Shown: positions 10,957-21,921 of the stretch, one piece after another
How the letters are laid out: each line of letters begins with the position of its first letter
How positions within the stretch are numbered: position 1 is the first letter of the stretch
NCBI GenBank assembly: GCA_014905635.1
Contig: JABVCE010000004.1
Coordinates: 186,001 to 250,000 of the forward strand
Length of the DNA stretch: 64,000 bases
DNA from: Scenedesmus sp. PABB004
Taxonomy: Eukaryota
Direction: 5' to 3'
Position numbers and translations under genes: made by a program
Notes under the pieces: generated by a model
Database searches by the model: none
The model's input: the letters and a program-made list of their open reading frames with translations, nothing else
Told to the model about the DNA's origin: nothing

Positions 10957-11666
10957 GCTGGTGCCTGGCTGCGGCGCGCTTTCAGGCGTCCCAGCTGTCC
11001 AGCGGGCAGGGCGCCCATGACCGCCTGGTTGCCGCTGGGGTGGTGTCGGGTCGGTCGCTCCGCGAGCGCCAGGGACGCGCGGCGAAAGCCCTCCCCCGGA
11101 ACCGCCGCATTTTCACGCACGGGGCGGTGCGCTCGCAACCGAGGGCCACCCCTCGGTCACCGAGAGACGAACGCCTCCGCAGAGGAATCGCCCCCCGCTA
11201 CGCGCGCACAGCACAGCTGACGCGAGACAGCAGCGGCGGCGCAGCAGGCCTCGAACGCCGTCCGCCCGGGGCGACGGCGGGTCCAGCGCTTCGTGCGCCG
11301 GCAGATCAGGGCTGTAAGCGTCTCTGGGAGCTAGCACAGCGCCTAGGGTAGCCCTAGGTGCGCGGGGTTCGTGCCATCACCAGCAACACTCTGTTGGCCG
11401 CTGTGGGAGCGGCCAGGCTCGTGCGCACCCAGAAGCGCATCGCGGAGGCTGCCGTGATCGACGGCGACAGCGCTGACGCCGCCGGCAAGCAATCAGCGCG
11501 CCAGCGGCGCCGAGCCCACGCCGCCGCTGCTGCCGCAGGCGACGCCGCCAGCCGGGGCGCTGCTGCTCTCCACCTGACGCCCTCAGGTGTGATCAGAGGC
11601 GGCTGCGTGCAGAGGCCCCGGGGTCGTTGCGCGGCTGCAGCTCGCTCGCCAGCAGGGCCTGCAGGC
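10957..11666 (+). repeat. Right arm of ~710-bp inverted repeat (partner 8944-9657)
   Basis: Direct sequence comparison. Its first ~100 bp are also present at the end of cassette copy 3. Confidence 0.95.
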
Positions 11667-12829
11667 GCGCCGCCACCCGCGGCGCCGCGCCTGCCGATCC
11701 CGCCGCAGGGGCATTTCAGCCAGAGGGCAAGCTGGAGCCGCCGGCCACCGTGCCTGGCCCTGCTGCGGCCCTGCAGCAGCAGGGTCCAGCGCAGGAGGCG
11801 CCGGGCGGGGGCCTTCCCTTGGCGGGGACGCCGCCGCTGGCGCCGCTGGGCGCCCTCACCCCACCGCTCGCCGCGCCGCTCGCCGCGCCGCTCGCCGCGG
11901 CGGCCGCTGTCACCGCCCCGACGGCGGCAGGCCCGGAGGCAATGGAGGAGGACGACGCGGGTGCGGCAAAGCCCGGGCCGGCAGCGCTCGCGGGAGAGGG
12001 AGGCGCGCCCGCGACCGCGAGCGCGTGGCCGGCGGGCGGCGGCGACAGTGGCGCGGCGCCCTCCCTGGCGCTCGACTTTGCCGCTGGCGGCGGCAAGCCC
12101 GTGGCCAGGACGCAGCGCCGGGCGCGCGGGCGCGGCGCCGGCCACGGCGCGGCGGCGGGCCGTGGCGCCGGCGGGCCGCGCTGGGCGCCGGAGAGCCTCG
12201 AGTGCGTGGGCGAGAGCTCCGACCCCACGGAGCAGCCGCACAGCAAGCAGGCGCGCGCGGCCGCCACCGCCGCCGGACCGTCGCAGGGCGCGGCCCCGGC
12301 GGCGGCGGCAGCTGCGGCGGCCGCTGGCGACGCTGCGGCGCCCGTCCTAGCGAGCGTGATCGCCAAGGCGACCGCCGCGGGCGCGCGCGCGCGGCAGCAG
12401 GCGCAGGCCGCGGCCACAGCGGCGGGCGGCCAGGCCCCCGCGCCCGCGGCAGAGCAGCAGCTGGCGCCGGGCGCGCCGCGCTTGCCGCAGCAGTGGCTGC
12501 CGCGCGACGGCGGCCTCAGCGCGGGCAGCAGCACCACGTGCAACATCTGCGCATCTGAGGCCTCCGACAGCGACGACGACTCAGTCACGGGGCCCTTTGC
12601 CGGCGGCGGCACCGCCGGCACGCAGAGCGGCGGCCCGGGCGGCAGGGGCGCGCCGGCGGCGGGGCCGGGCGCGGGCGACGAGCTCTGGGGCGGCGGAGGG
12701 CTGGCGTCGCTCGCGCTTGGCGGCGCGACTGGCGGCGCCGAGCGCAGCGGCGCGGGCGGGGGTGGCGGCGGCGGTGCGAGCGGCGGCGGGAGCGGCGGCG
12801 GGAGCGGCGCGGCCGGCGGCGGCGCGTGA
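11627..12829 (+). CDS. Hypothetical Ala/Gly/Pro-rich low-complexity protein (possibly chimeric or a gene remnant)
   Basis: Open frame with host-like codon style, first ATG only at 11942, TGA at 12827-12829, TGTAA poly(A)-type signal at 12901-12905. No recognisable domain. Its 3' end is duplicated at 9685-9867. Confidence 0.4.
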   Translation: MRGCSSLASRACRRAATRGAAPADPAAGAFQPEGKLEPPATVPGPAAALQQQGPAQEAPGGGLPLAGTPPLAPLGALTPPLAAPLAAPLAAAAAVTAPTAAGPEAMEEDDAGAAKPGPAALAGEGGAPATASAWPAGGGDSGAAPSLALDFAAGGGKPVARTQRRARGRGAGHGAAAGRGAGGPRWAPESLECVGESSDPTEQPHSKQARAAATAAGPSQGAAPAAAAAAAAAGDAAAPVLASVIAKATAAGARARQQAQAAATAAGGQAPAPAAEQQLAPGAPRLPQQWLPRDGGLSAGSSTTCNICASEASDSDDDSVTGPFAGGGTAGTQSGGPGGRGAPAAGPGAGDELWGGGGLASLALGGATGGAERSGAGGGGGGGASGGGSGGGSGAAGGGA

Positions 12830-13124
12830 GCCCCACCGAGCGGCGGCGCGGCGCCCGGAGTTGCGGCCGCGGCCCCGAGCGCGGGCGGGCGGCGCGTGTG
12901 TGTAACCTGCGCATGGGCCGCCGCGCGGGGAGCGTGCGCTGTGTGCGCCGCAGTCGGCGCGCAGCGTGCGCGGCGGGGCCCGTTCCGCGGGCCCCGCGCT
13001 GGCTGGCGGCGGCCCGCCAGCCCCCGGGCGGCCTTGCGCGGGGTGGGGAGGGCTGGGGGCGTGGTGTGGTGTCGTTTGGAGCGGTAAAAACGTCGTTCAC
13101 ATGCCTGGAGCTCCAGGCGTGTCC

Positions 13125-13204
13125 TGACAAGAGTGGGATTTGAACCCACGCCCTTTCGGACACGGACCTGAACCGTGCGCCTTGGACCGCTCGGCCATCT
13201 TGTC
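13125..13204 (-). tRNA. trnL-CAG: tRNA-Leu(CAG)
   Basis: Identical to 10163-10242. Confidence 0.97.
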
Positions 13205-13353
13205 GCGCAGTGCTTTTCAGAGCAAGTATGTTGTATATGTATATGCAACATCAAACATCCAAACCGCGCAGAACGCCACGGGATCACTCCCAAAACCAGC
13301 CCAGAAGCACCCCACGAGCCTGGCAGATTTTCCCCAAAATCTGCTTTTTGGCG

Positions 13354-14969
13354 TGCCGGCGCCGCCGCCCCCGCTGCGGCGCATGATCGCTGGCCTGGCC
13401 GCGCTGGGGCCGGTCATCCAGCTCGAGCCCACCCCTGCGGCTGGGCCCTGGTGCGCCGACGTGCCGGTCTTCGGCAACCCTCTGATCCGCGACGTGTACC
13501 CCTCGGGGCCGCGCGGCCTGCAGATCAGGCCGGTGCCGGAGGTCGGCGGCGGCCGCGCAGGCTACGCGCGCACGCTAGTGCGCTCGCTCGGCGACCTCGT
13601 GCGTGTGCAGCGCTGGGCGGCTGCCTGGCCGGAGGCGCTGGCCCACGACGCCAACGCGGAGCGGGCCGAGTGGGCCGACGTCCAGGCGCTGCTGGCTGCG
13701 GTGCCTGCGGGGTGGGAGGAGGCGGCGCGCGCTGCGCCCCTGCCGCCGCTGCCTCCGCGCGGCACGCGCATGATGCCGGCACGCCCGCCAGACCCCGCGG
13801 CCCTGTGGGCTGAGGCGGACCTGGTGCCGAGCCTAGGCTGGCGGCTGTACCAAGGGTCACGGGCGGTGCCCGTGCTGCTGACCAAGCTCACCGTCAAGCA
13901 GGCGACGCTGCTCCAACTCGCCATGCCGGGCGGCGTCGACACGCAGCGGCGCGACAAGCACGTCGCATTTGCGTGCCTGGCCCTGGGGCTGGCGCCGCCG
14001 ACGCAGCGCGCGCTGCCCCCGGCCGCGGGGCAGCAGCCGGCGGCGGCCCAGCCGGTCCCGGCGGCGGCCGCGCCGGACCCGGCGGCTGCCGTGGCGGCAG
14101 CCGCGGCGGCGGCTCCGCGGCTGCAGCAGCCGCGCTGGCCGGCCTGGACGGGGCCGCCGTCGACGCCGCGCCTCCCCCGGGAGCTGGCCCTCACCGCGTC
14201 GGTCAGGATCGCCCTGCGCAAGCTGTGGCGGCTGCGCTGGGACAACGCGGCGAAGGAGGTGTACTAGCGGCTCGCGCTCAACGGTCTCGCGACCGCTGAG
14301 CGCATGTCCCAGCCCGAGGTTGTCTGCCTCTGCGGCGTCGCCTGCCCCGGCCGCGCGCACCACTACTGGGAGTGTCCCATCGCGCAGGCAGTGGTGCGAG
14401 CCATGCTCGACTCGCTGCCCGCCGAGTGGTGCGCGCGCCCGGCCGATGGCGCGCCGCGCCTACGCCGCGAGCACGTTTGGCTCATGTTCGCGCCGCCGCC
14501 GGCGGCGCGGCGCGCCGGCGCGCGGCGGTTGCATTCAGGCGTGTGGCGCGTGGTGTGCCTGGCCGCGCTCGCGGCCATGGACACCGGCCGGCGCGCCGCC
14601 AACCTCGCGGCCCTCCAGGCCAAGAGGGAGGCGGACGCCCGGACGGCCGCACATGCCCGGCGTGCTGAGCGCGCCGCGGCTGCGGGCCAGCGCCTCATCT
14701 CCAGCTTGCTGCCCGCTGCGCCTCCCCCCGAGGCGCAGCAGCAGCGACAAGCGGCGGTGGCCGAGCGCGAGCGCGCGCAGCGGCTGCAGCAGGCCCAGCA
14801 AGCGGCGGTGGCGTCGTTCTGGGCCTGGCTTGCAGACTTTGTTGCGTGCCGCGCGGCCCCGCGACAGTGGTCTGCGCAGGTCCCTGCGCAGCACCCCTTC
14901 CTCTGCACCGTGCCGGACGACGCCGACCCACGGGCGGCGCCGCGCATCTGGCTGCAGGCCGGTGCATGA
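13354..14969 (+). pseudogene. LINE ORF2 C-terminal fragment (no endonuclease or RT core; premature stop)
   Basis: KLWRLRWDNAAKEVY*RLALNGLATAERM...CLCG...AHHYWECPIAQAV...WRVVCLAALAAM...FWAWLADF. In-frame TAG at 14265-14267 where Trp (TGG) is expected. Confidence 0.85.
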
Positions 14970-15455
14970 GGCTCTTTGTGTGTGTGCGGGCGTGTGTGTT
15001 TGGTGCTGCCCCGCTGACAGTTCTGTAGGCCGGTGTGTGTGGAGTCCCGGGGCACCGCCGGGATGGGCGTGCGTGCGACCGGGGTGGGGGGAGAAGGCGG
15101 CGTCGGTCGCGGGGGGCAGCGGCGGGGCGGGGGGCGCGCGGGGGTTGGTCCTCGCCGCGGTTATCCTGCCTTGTGCCACGGTCCGGCGCGCGATCGAGAC
15201 CAGCGGGCGGCGTGCAGGTGGGTTTGCTGGTGAGTTGCGCGCGCCTGGGCCGCGCCATGCTCGCTACACGCCCTGCGCCGGCTTGCCAGCATGCGATCCC
15301 GTCTGCGGGCTGCTCGGTTGGTCGCACTTGGAGGACACTGACACGTGCGGTGGCGAGGAGGGAGTTGGTCAGGCCCGCCAGGCGTTCCGAAGTGGGACGC
15401 TCAACCGCCCGGAGCGTACCGGGCCCCGCCATGTGACCAACAACAACAACAACAA
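13354..15455 (+). mobile_element. 5'-truncated non-LTR retrotransposon (L1/Tx1-like LINE), ~2.1 kb
   Basis: Absent from cassette copies 1 and 3. TSD TTTGGCG at 13347-13353 and 15456-15462. 3' tail (CAA)6 at 15438-15455. Encodes the C-terminal part of ORF2 with a zf-RVT-like CCHC region. Confidence 0.92.
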
Positions 15456-15807
15456 TTTGGCGATTTTTCCGCCCCGCCACAGAGCGCCCCCACAACACAG
15501 CTGGAAACGCAGGCGCGCCGCACGCGCACTGCAGAAAGGGACAGGGACTGGCCGCACGGGGCCGCCCGCTGCGCTGTCAAGGCGGCAGAGCGCTCAAGCG
15601 GCGGGCGCGGCTGTGTCGCCTGGCTGCGGCGGGCGCGGCGGTGGCAAGGAGGGCTGTCGCAGCGCCCGCTGCGACAGCCGGGGCGGTCTGCGGCCGCGCG
15701 CACGGGACGCTGCAGCGCAGCGTTGCACCCACGCGGCGCTGCCAGGGGGCGACGAGCTTTTGAGGTACCCAGAAGATGAGTTGCAGTCGCTCCCCCCACG
15801 CGCCTGC

Positions 15808-17848
15808 TCACGCCGCCGCCGCCTGGGGCGGCGCTGGCTCAGACGCTGGCTCCGCCGGCGCCGCCTCTGCGGCGGCCGCCGCCACCGCCTCCGCCTGCTT
15901 GGCCACCACCGCCGCCGCCATACCGCTGATGTGCAGGCTGCCGCGCGGCGGCGCTGCCAGCTGCAGCCGCCGCTCCAGCCGCAGCCCCTTGTCCACGGTG
16001 GCCGCGTCCGCCATGACGGCGTCCAGCACCTCCAGCCGCCGCGCCACCTCCTCCTCGCTCACGCCGCGCGCGCCGGCGGGGCCCCCGCCCGCCTCGCGCA
16101 GCGCCTGCTGCTCCGCCAGCACGTCCAGCGCGGCCTGGGCGCGGCAGGCGGCGGACGCCGCGGCGCGGCGCGGCGCTCGGCGCAGCGCGGCGCGGTCGCC
16201 TCGCAGCGAGCGCGCCGCGCCGAGCCGCGCCCGTCCCTCTGCGCGCCGCTCCTCGCGGCGGCCCACCTGCAGGTTGGGCGGCAGCGGCAGGTTGACCCAC
16301 TCGCTCGCCGCGACCTGCTGCAGGCTCGCGCGCTTGCGCACGTCCGGCTCCAGCATCGTGTCCAGCAGCGCCGCGAGCGGCTCCGATAGCTTGGCCGCGC
16401 GCGACGTCGCGTCGCGCCAGTGCACGCCCTGCAGCGCCTCCAGGCGGTACTGCTCCCGCATCGCCTCCAGCGGCGGCAGCCTGCGGCGGCGCGCCCGCGG
16501 CGGCGCCCGCGTGGGTGCGCGCGCGGGCGGCGCCGGCGCCAGTGCAGCCGCTGCTGCCGCTGCTGCTGCTGCGCGCCGCCGCCGCCGCCGCCGCCGCCGC
16601 CGTCGCTGCGCACCGCGCCGCGTATGCGTCGTAGTGCCAGGGCATGGTGTGGAGCAGCATGACCACCAGCAGCACGCCCGCGCTGTACACGTCGGCCATC
16701 ACGCCGTCGTAGCCCGCCGGCGGCGCGTCGCCCTCGGCGAAGAAGCCGCTCATGATCTCGGGGCTCATGTAGCCTTTGGGGGGGGGGGGTGAGGGTGTGC
16801 ATGTGCGTGTGCGTGTGCGTGTGCGTGTGAGTGAGTGTATGTGAGCACACAAGGGGGGGGGGGGGGGCACGAGGCGCTGGCGGCGCCGGGGCGCGCGGCG
16901 CGCCTCACCCGGCGTGCCCGCGAGCGTCGCAAACAGCGGCGCCTGCTTGTCCGCCCAGCTGTGCGCCTGCGCGGCGGCGGGCGGCGCGGCGGCGGGCGGC
17001 GGGCGGCGCGGCGGCGTGGCGGCGGCGGGCGGCGCGGCTGCGTGGCGGCGGCGGGCGGCGCGGCAGTGCGTGGCGGCGGCGGCGCCGGCGCCTTTGGAAT
17101 CGCACCAGTCCAAAGTCGCAGAGCTTGAGGAACGGCGGGCGGGTGGACGTGAGCAGCAAGTTGGCTGGCTTGACGTCGCGGTAGACCATGCGCCGCGCGT
17201 GGAGGCTGCCCAGCGCGTTGACGAGCTGGCGGAAGAAGTACCGCGCGGTGGGCTCGTCCATGCTGTGCCGCTCCAGGTAGTCAGACAGGCTGCCGCCTGC
17301 GCGGGCCGGCGGCGGACGCGGCGGACGCGGCGGACGCGGCGGACGCGGCGGACGCGGCGGGTGCGGCGCGTGTGCCTCGAGCCATGCGTGCCTGCGGGCC
17401 TGCGGCGCCCTGCGGGGCCTATGCACGGGGGGTGCGGCGGGCGCACCCGGCACGTATTCGGTGACGAACGCGAGGTGCCGGGTGGTCAGCACGACCTCGT
17501 ACGGGCGCACGATGTTGACGTGCCCCACGCCCAGCCGCGCGAGGCTGCGCGCCTCGCGGCCGACCATCGCGAGCCGCCAGCCCGGCGGCCCGCGCGGCAC
17601 GAGCTTCACCGCGACGAGGCAGCCGCGCGTCGAGTCGGTGGCGAGCCAGACGTCGCCCTCCGTGCCCTGTTCGTGCGCGCGCGCGCGTCAGGATGCGCCG
17701 CCAGCGGCGGCCGCGGCCGCCGCGCGTGCAGCTGGCGGCCGCCCCCGGCCGCGCGCACCTTGCCCACGCGCCGCACAAACTTGTACTGCGGCGGCATCCC
17801 CAGGGAGTGGCCGCAGAACTTGGCCAGGCAGGCCAGCAGGCAGTTCAT
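15808..17848 (-). CDS. Ser/Thr protein kinase, SnRK2/CAMK-like, multi-exon
   Basis: VGK|GTEGDVWLA, VAVKLV, ARYFFRQLV, VYRDVKPANLLL, LKLCDFGL, AGTP|GYMSPE, YDGVMADVYSAGV. Confidence 0.9.
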
Positions 17849-18313
17849 CGCCGCCGCGCCGCTCGGCCGCTGCCGCTGCCGGTGCCGCCGCTGCCGGTGC
17901 CTTTTCCGGTGCCGCTGGCGCGCTTGGCCACGGCGTCAGGTGGGCGCGCTGCAGCCGCTGGCCGGCCGCACGGGACACGCGAGCAGCCCCGGCGTTTGCG
18001 CAAGGAATTGTGCTGCGGTTGCGCGGCGCTTTCGGTCTGCGCGAGTCGAGGACGTGCGGCTTGGCCAGCGCGGGACGGGAACTGCGGGCGGCCCGCCGCG
18101 GGCGGCTCGACATTGGCCGGACTCGCGCGATGTTGTTTTTGCGGCGTCACAGCTGCCCGACGGACGCCCTCCCCTCCTGCCCGCGACCCGCTCCCGAGCT
18201 GCCGGTGCGACTCCCGCACGCGCCCCGCGCGACCGCGCGACCTGAGCTCGCAGCGGAGCAGCGGCGGCGGGCCGCCCGGCGCAGCGCGGCGCGCTCCAGG
18301 CGCCAAAGAAATA

Positions 18314-21300
18314 ATGGAAGACTACAATCCGGACGCGCTTGACGATCAGGAGCGCGATGGCGACGACGACGACGAGCAGGCGCGCCGCGGGGCGCGCCGC
18401 TGCGCAGAGCACGCGCAGCAGCAGCGGCGGCGAGCGCGGCCGCCCGCCCGCGCGCCCGCAGCGCGAGTGGGGCCGCGAGCGCATCATCGCGCTGATGGAC
18501 GCCGACGTGACCATGCTGCACGGGTACACCGACCCCGAAACGGTGCGCGCGGGCGGCGGCGGCGCTCAAACGCAGCGCAGCAGCTACTGCGCAGACAGCA
18601 GCGGCGCCCCGCGCGTGCCCACCCCGCCCCACGGCCGCGGCCGCGCGCCGGGGGCAGGGCGAGACGATGAGCTGCCTGTCGTGCGTGGTGCGTGAGGTGC
18701 TGGGCCTGATGGAGGGCCGCATCCGCACCGCGCCGAGCGACATGCTCGCCCTCCTCGCGTACGGCACGGTGCGTGGCCCGCCCCACCCGCCCACCCCCCG
18801 CCGCGCCGCGCTGCCGCCGCGTGAGCCCCGTCGCCGTGCGAGCCCCGTCTCGCCGCGCGAGCCCCGCCGCCGCGGGCGGGCGCCCGCAGAACGAGCGCAG
18901 CGAGGGCGCCGACCTGCGCGCGTTCGACCACGTGTGGGAGGTCGCGCCCCTGGACACGCCCAGCGCCACGACCATCCGCCGCCTGCGCGACTTCAGCGGT
19001 GCGCGGCGCGCCGCGGGCACGCCACGCGCGCCGCGCGGCGGCCGAGCCTCCGGCCCCCGCCCGCCCCCGCCCCGCCCCCGCCCGCGCGCCGACCCGGCCC
19101 GCCGGCCGCCCGCGGCCGACGGTGCCCAGACGTGGCGTTCCAGGCGTCGCCCGGCTGCGGCGACGCGGCCGCCAGCCCCGGCCGCGCGGCGGAGGACCTG
19201 AAGAGCGCCCTCTTTGCCGCCTGGGACCTGCTTAACCGGTGGGCCGGGTGGGGCTGCAGCCGCACTCGCGCGCCGCCGCCGCCGCCGCCGCCCGCCCGAG
19301 CGCCAGGTGCGGCGCGCGAGCGCCGCCGCCGCCGCGGCGCGTGCGCAGGGGCAGCTCGTCGGCCAAGGGCCGCGGCCCCGCGACCATCCTGATCTTCACC
19401 AACAACAGCGACCCCCTCGCCGGCGCGGGGCCGTCGGGCGCCCACGTGCGGTGAGGGCGCCGCGCCTGCGCCCGCGCCCGCGCCGCCGCGCCGTGCTGCC
19501 CACGCGCCCGCCCGCGCGCCCGCCCGCGCTGCGCGCCCACCCGCGCCGCCCGCGCGCCCGCCCGCGCCGCGCGCCGCGCCGCGCGCGCCAGAGAGCAGCT
19601 GTTTGCACGCGCGCGCGAGCTCGGCGCGCTCGGCGCCGCCGTCGAGCTGGTCCCGCTGCGGCGCGCGTTTGAAAACGCGCCCTTCTGGCGGCCGCTGCTG
19701 GCAGACGCGGCCGCGGCGGCGCGCGGCGCGTGGGCGGGCGGCGACGGCGGCGCGGACGACGCGGCGGCGCGCACCGAGGAGGCGGCGGAGGAGCTGGAGG
19801 TGTGCCGCGCGGCGGCCCGGCGGCGTGCCGGGCCCTGCCCAGGGGGGGGGTCCATCGGGCCCTAGCCGGCGGGCCTCGGGCGCTGCCGACCGTACTGCCG
19901 TCCGCCCGGCTCGGCGCCGCGCCGCGCCCGCAGCACAAGCTGAACCGCGTGCGGGAGCTGGCGGAGCGCGTGGGCCGGCGGCGCCCGCTCGCGGCGCTGC
20001 GCTGGACGCTCGCGCCGGGGCTGGTCATCAGCGTGCAGCTCTTTGCGCTGGTGTCGCAGGCCAAGAAGCCGGCGGGGCGCGTGATCACGCGCGACGACGC
20101 CAAGCCCGTGGTCGGCACGTCCGCGCTGCTCGCGGCCGACACGGGGCACCTGCTCTCCTCCGCGGGGCACAAGGCGTTCCTGCCGAAAGACACCGGCCGC
20201 TTCCCGCGGGTGGGCTTCAGGGCCAACGCCCGCGCCCCCGGCACGCCCGCGCGGCGCCCGGCGCCCGGCGGCGCCCGCCGCCGCGGCGGCGTGCCCATGG
20301 CGGCGGCGCGCCGCGCCGCGCCCGCGCGCAGGTCGTGCTGACGCGGCTGGAGGAGCGCTCGCTGCGCGCGCTGCGGCCGCCGGGGCTGACGCTGCTGGGG
20401 TTCAAGCCCGCCGCCTGCCTCGCGGACTGGCACCAGCTCGCGACAGCCAGGCGCGAGCCGCGCGGCGCGGGACGCGAGCGCGCGGGCCGGGCCGCGCCTG
20501 CGAGCGCGAGCGCGCCGTCACGGCCCGCCCCGGCCGCGCCGCGCCGCGCCGCGCCGCGCCCAGGTTTGTGTACCCGGACGAGCGCTTCCTGCGGGGCAGC
20601 ACCGCCGCGTTCTCCGCGCTGCACAAGGCCTGCATGGGCCGCTCGCGTGAGCCGCCCCGGCCGCGGCGCGCCGCCGCCCCGGCCGCCCCAGCCGCGGCGC
20701 GCCCCCAGCCCCGCCGCGCCCGCGCCCGCGTCCGCCGCGCAGTTGGCGGGCCGCAGCTGGCGCTGTGCAGCCTGGTGACCAAGGCCAGCACCGTGCCGCA
20801 GCTCGTGGCGCTGCTGCCGCAGGAGGCGGAGACCGCGGTGGACCCTGACAGCGGCGAGGTGCGCCGCCGCCGGCAGGGGGCCGCCGCGGCGGCGGGTCTG
20901 GCCCGGCCGGCACCGCCGCCGCCGCTGCCGCGCCGGGGGGTCACCGGCCACCCCGCGCCGCGCGGCGCGGGGGGCGCTGCCGCGCAGGAGTGGCAGGCGG
21001 TGCCGCCAGGGTTCCACCTTATCCCGCTGCCCTTCCGCGACGACCTGCGCGCGCCGGAGCGCGACGCCGCGCTGCTCGCGCGCACGGTCGGGCGCGACGC
21101 GTCGGGCGCGCCGCCGCGCGCGCCGCCCGACACGGTCGCGGCGGCCGAGGCGCTGGTGTGCGCGCTGAGCCTGGACAGTGCGGACGAGGGGTTCACGACC
21201 GCCATCATCGCCAACCCCCAGCTGGCGCGCTACTACGGAGTGTTGGAGGTGGGCAGCGGGGGCGGGGGAGGAGGGTGCGCGGCGCGGCGCGGTGCGGCGC

Positions 21301-21897
21301 GGCGCGGCGCGGCGCGGCGCCTGACCGCCGCCGCCGCCGCCGCGCCACGTCGGATGCGCCCGGGCCTGGCGCCGCGGGTCAGGACCTCGCGCTCGGCGAC
21401 GCGCCGCGCGACGCCGCGCCCGACGAGACGCGGCCGAGCGTGGAGGACATTGACGCGCACGGCCCCACGCTGGTGCGTGGCCGCGCCGCGCCGCGCTGCG
21501 CGGCAGCGGCCCCGCGCACGCGCGCAGCGCCGGGGGCGCCCGCGGCGGCCGCGCGCTGCGCGGACTCTGACCCGCGGCCCCCACGCGCGCCGGCGGGGCG
21601 CAGGCTGCGTTCAACACCGCGGTCTGGGGCAGCGAGGACGGGCCGCCGCCGCCGCCGGAGAAGAAGGGCGCGAAGCGCAAGCCCGACGCGGCCGAGGCGG
21701 CGGGCGTGGCCGAGGCGTACGCGGCGCACGACTGGGCCGCCCTCGCGGCGGCGCCGCCGGGCAGCGCGGGGAGCCTGGCCAAGCTGACCAACGACATCCT
21801 CAAGACCTACCTCGCCTTCCACGGCCTGCCCAAGAGCGGCAACAAGGCAGACCTGGTCGCGCGCGTGAGCGCGCACCTCGCCGCCACGCCGCGCTGA
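18314..21897 (+). CDS. KU70: Ku70 (NHEJ DNA end-binding subunit), multi-exon
   Basis: vWA-like N-terminus (RERIIALMDA, DMLALLAYGT, ILIFTNNSDP), Ku core (GLTLLGFKP, YPDERFLRGSTAAFSAL, PPGFHLIPLPFRDDLR, IANPQLARYYGVLE) and C-terminal SAP domain (LTNDILKTYLAFHGLPKSGNKADLVARV). Confidence 0.92.
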
Positions 21898-21921
21898 CGC
21901 CGCGCGGCCGGGGCGGGCGCA

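Larger units (their letters stand above)
9685..11054. repeat. tRNA-Leu cassette, copy 1 (direct repeat)
   Basis: 9685-~10705 matches 12646-13353 plus 15456-15796. 9850-11054 matches 21922-23105. Confidence 0.95.
12646..15796. repeat. tRNA-Leu cassette, copy 2, interrupted by a LINE
   Basis: Matches copy 1 up to ...ctgctttttggcg (13353) and resumes at tttggcgatttttcc (15456). The right part is more diverged and ends just before the kinase stop codon. Confidence 0.92.

Noticed and set aside
9685..11054. tRNA cassette as a tRNA-derived SINE
   Set aside because: The tRNA is intact and internal, several hundred bp of upstream DNA are co-duplicated, and there is no tail or TSD, which does not fit retroposition of a Pol III transcript.
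8944..11666. Inverted repeat as the TIRs of a DNA transposon
   Set aside because: No TSD (left flank gcaagct, right flank gcgccgc), no transposase, and the arms look like gene 5' regions.
14265..14267. In-frame TAG in LINE ORF2 as possible readthrough or codon reassignment (no gene I modelled ends in TAG)
   Set aside because: It sits where Trp (TGG) is expected in a truncated dead element. No in-frame TAG was seen in conserved COPA or AdhE exons, and TGA preference is normal at high GC.
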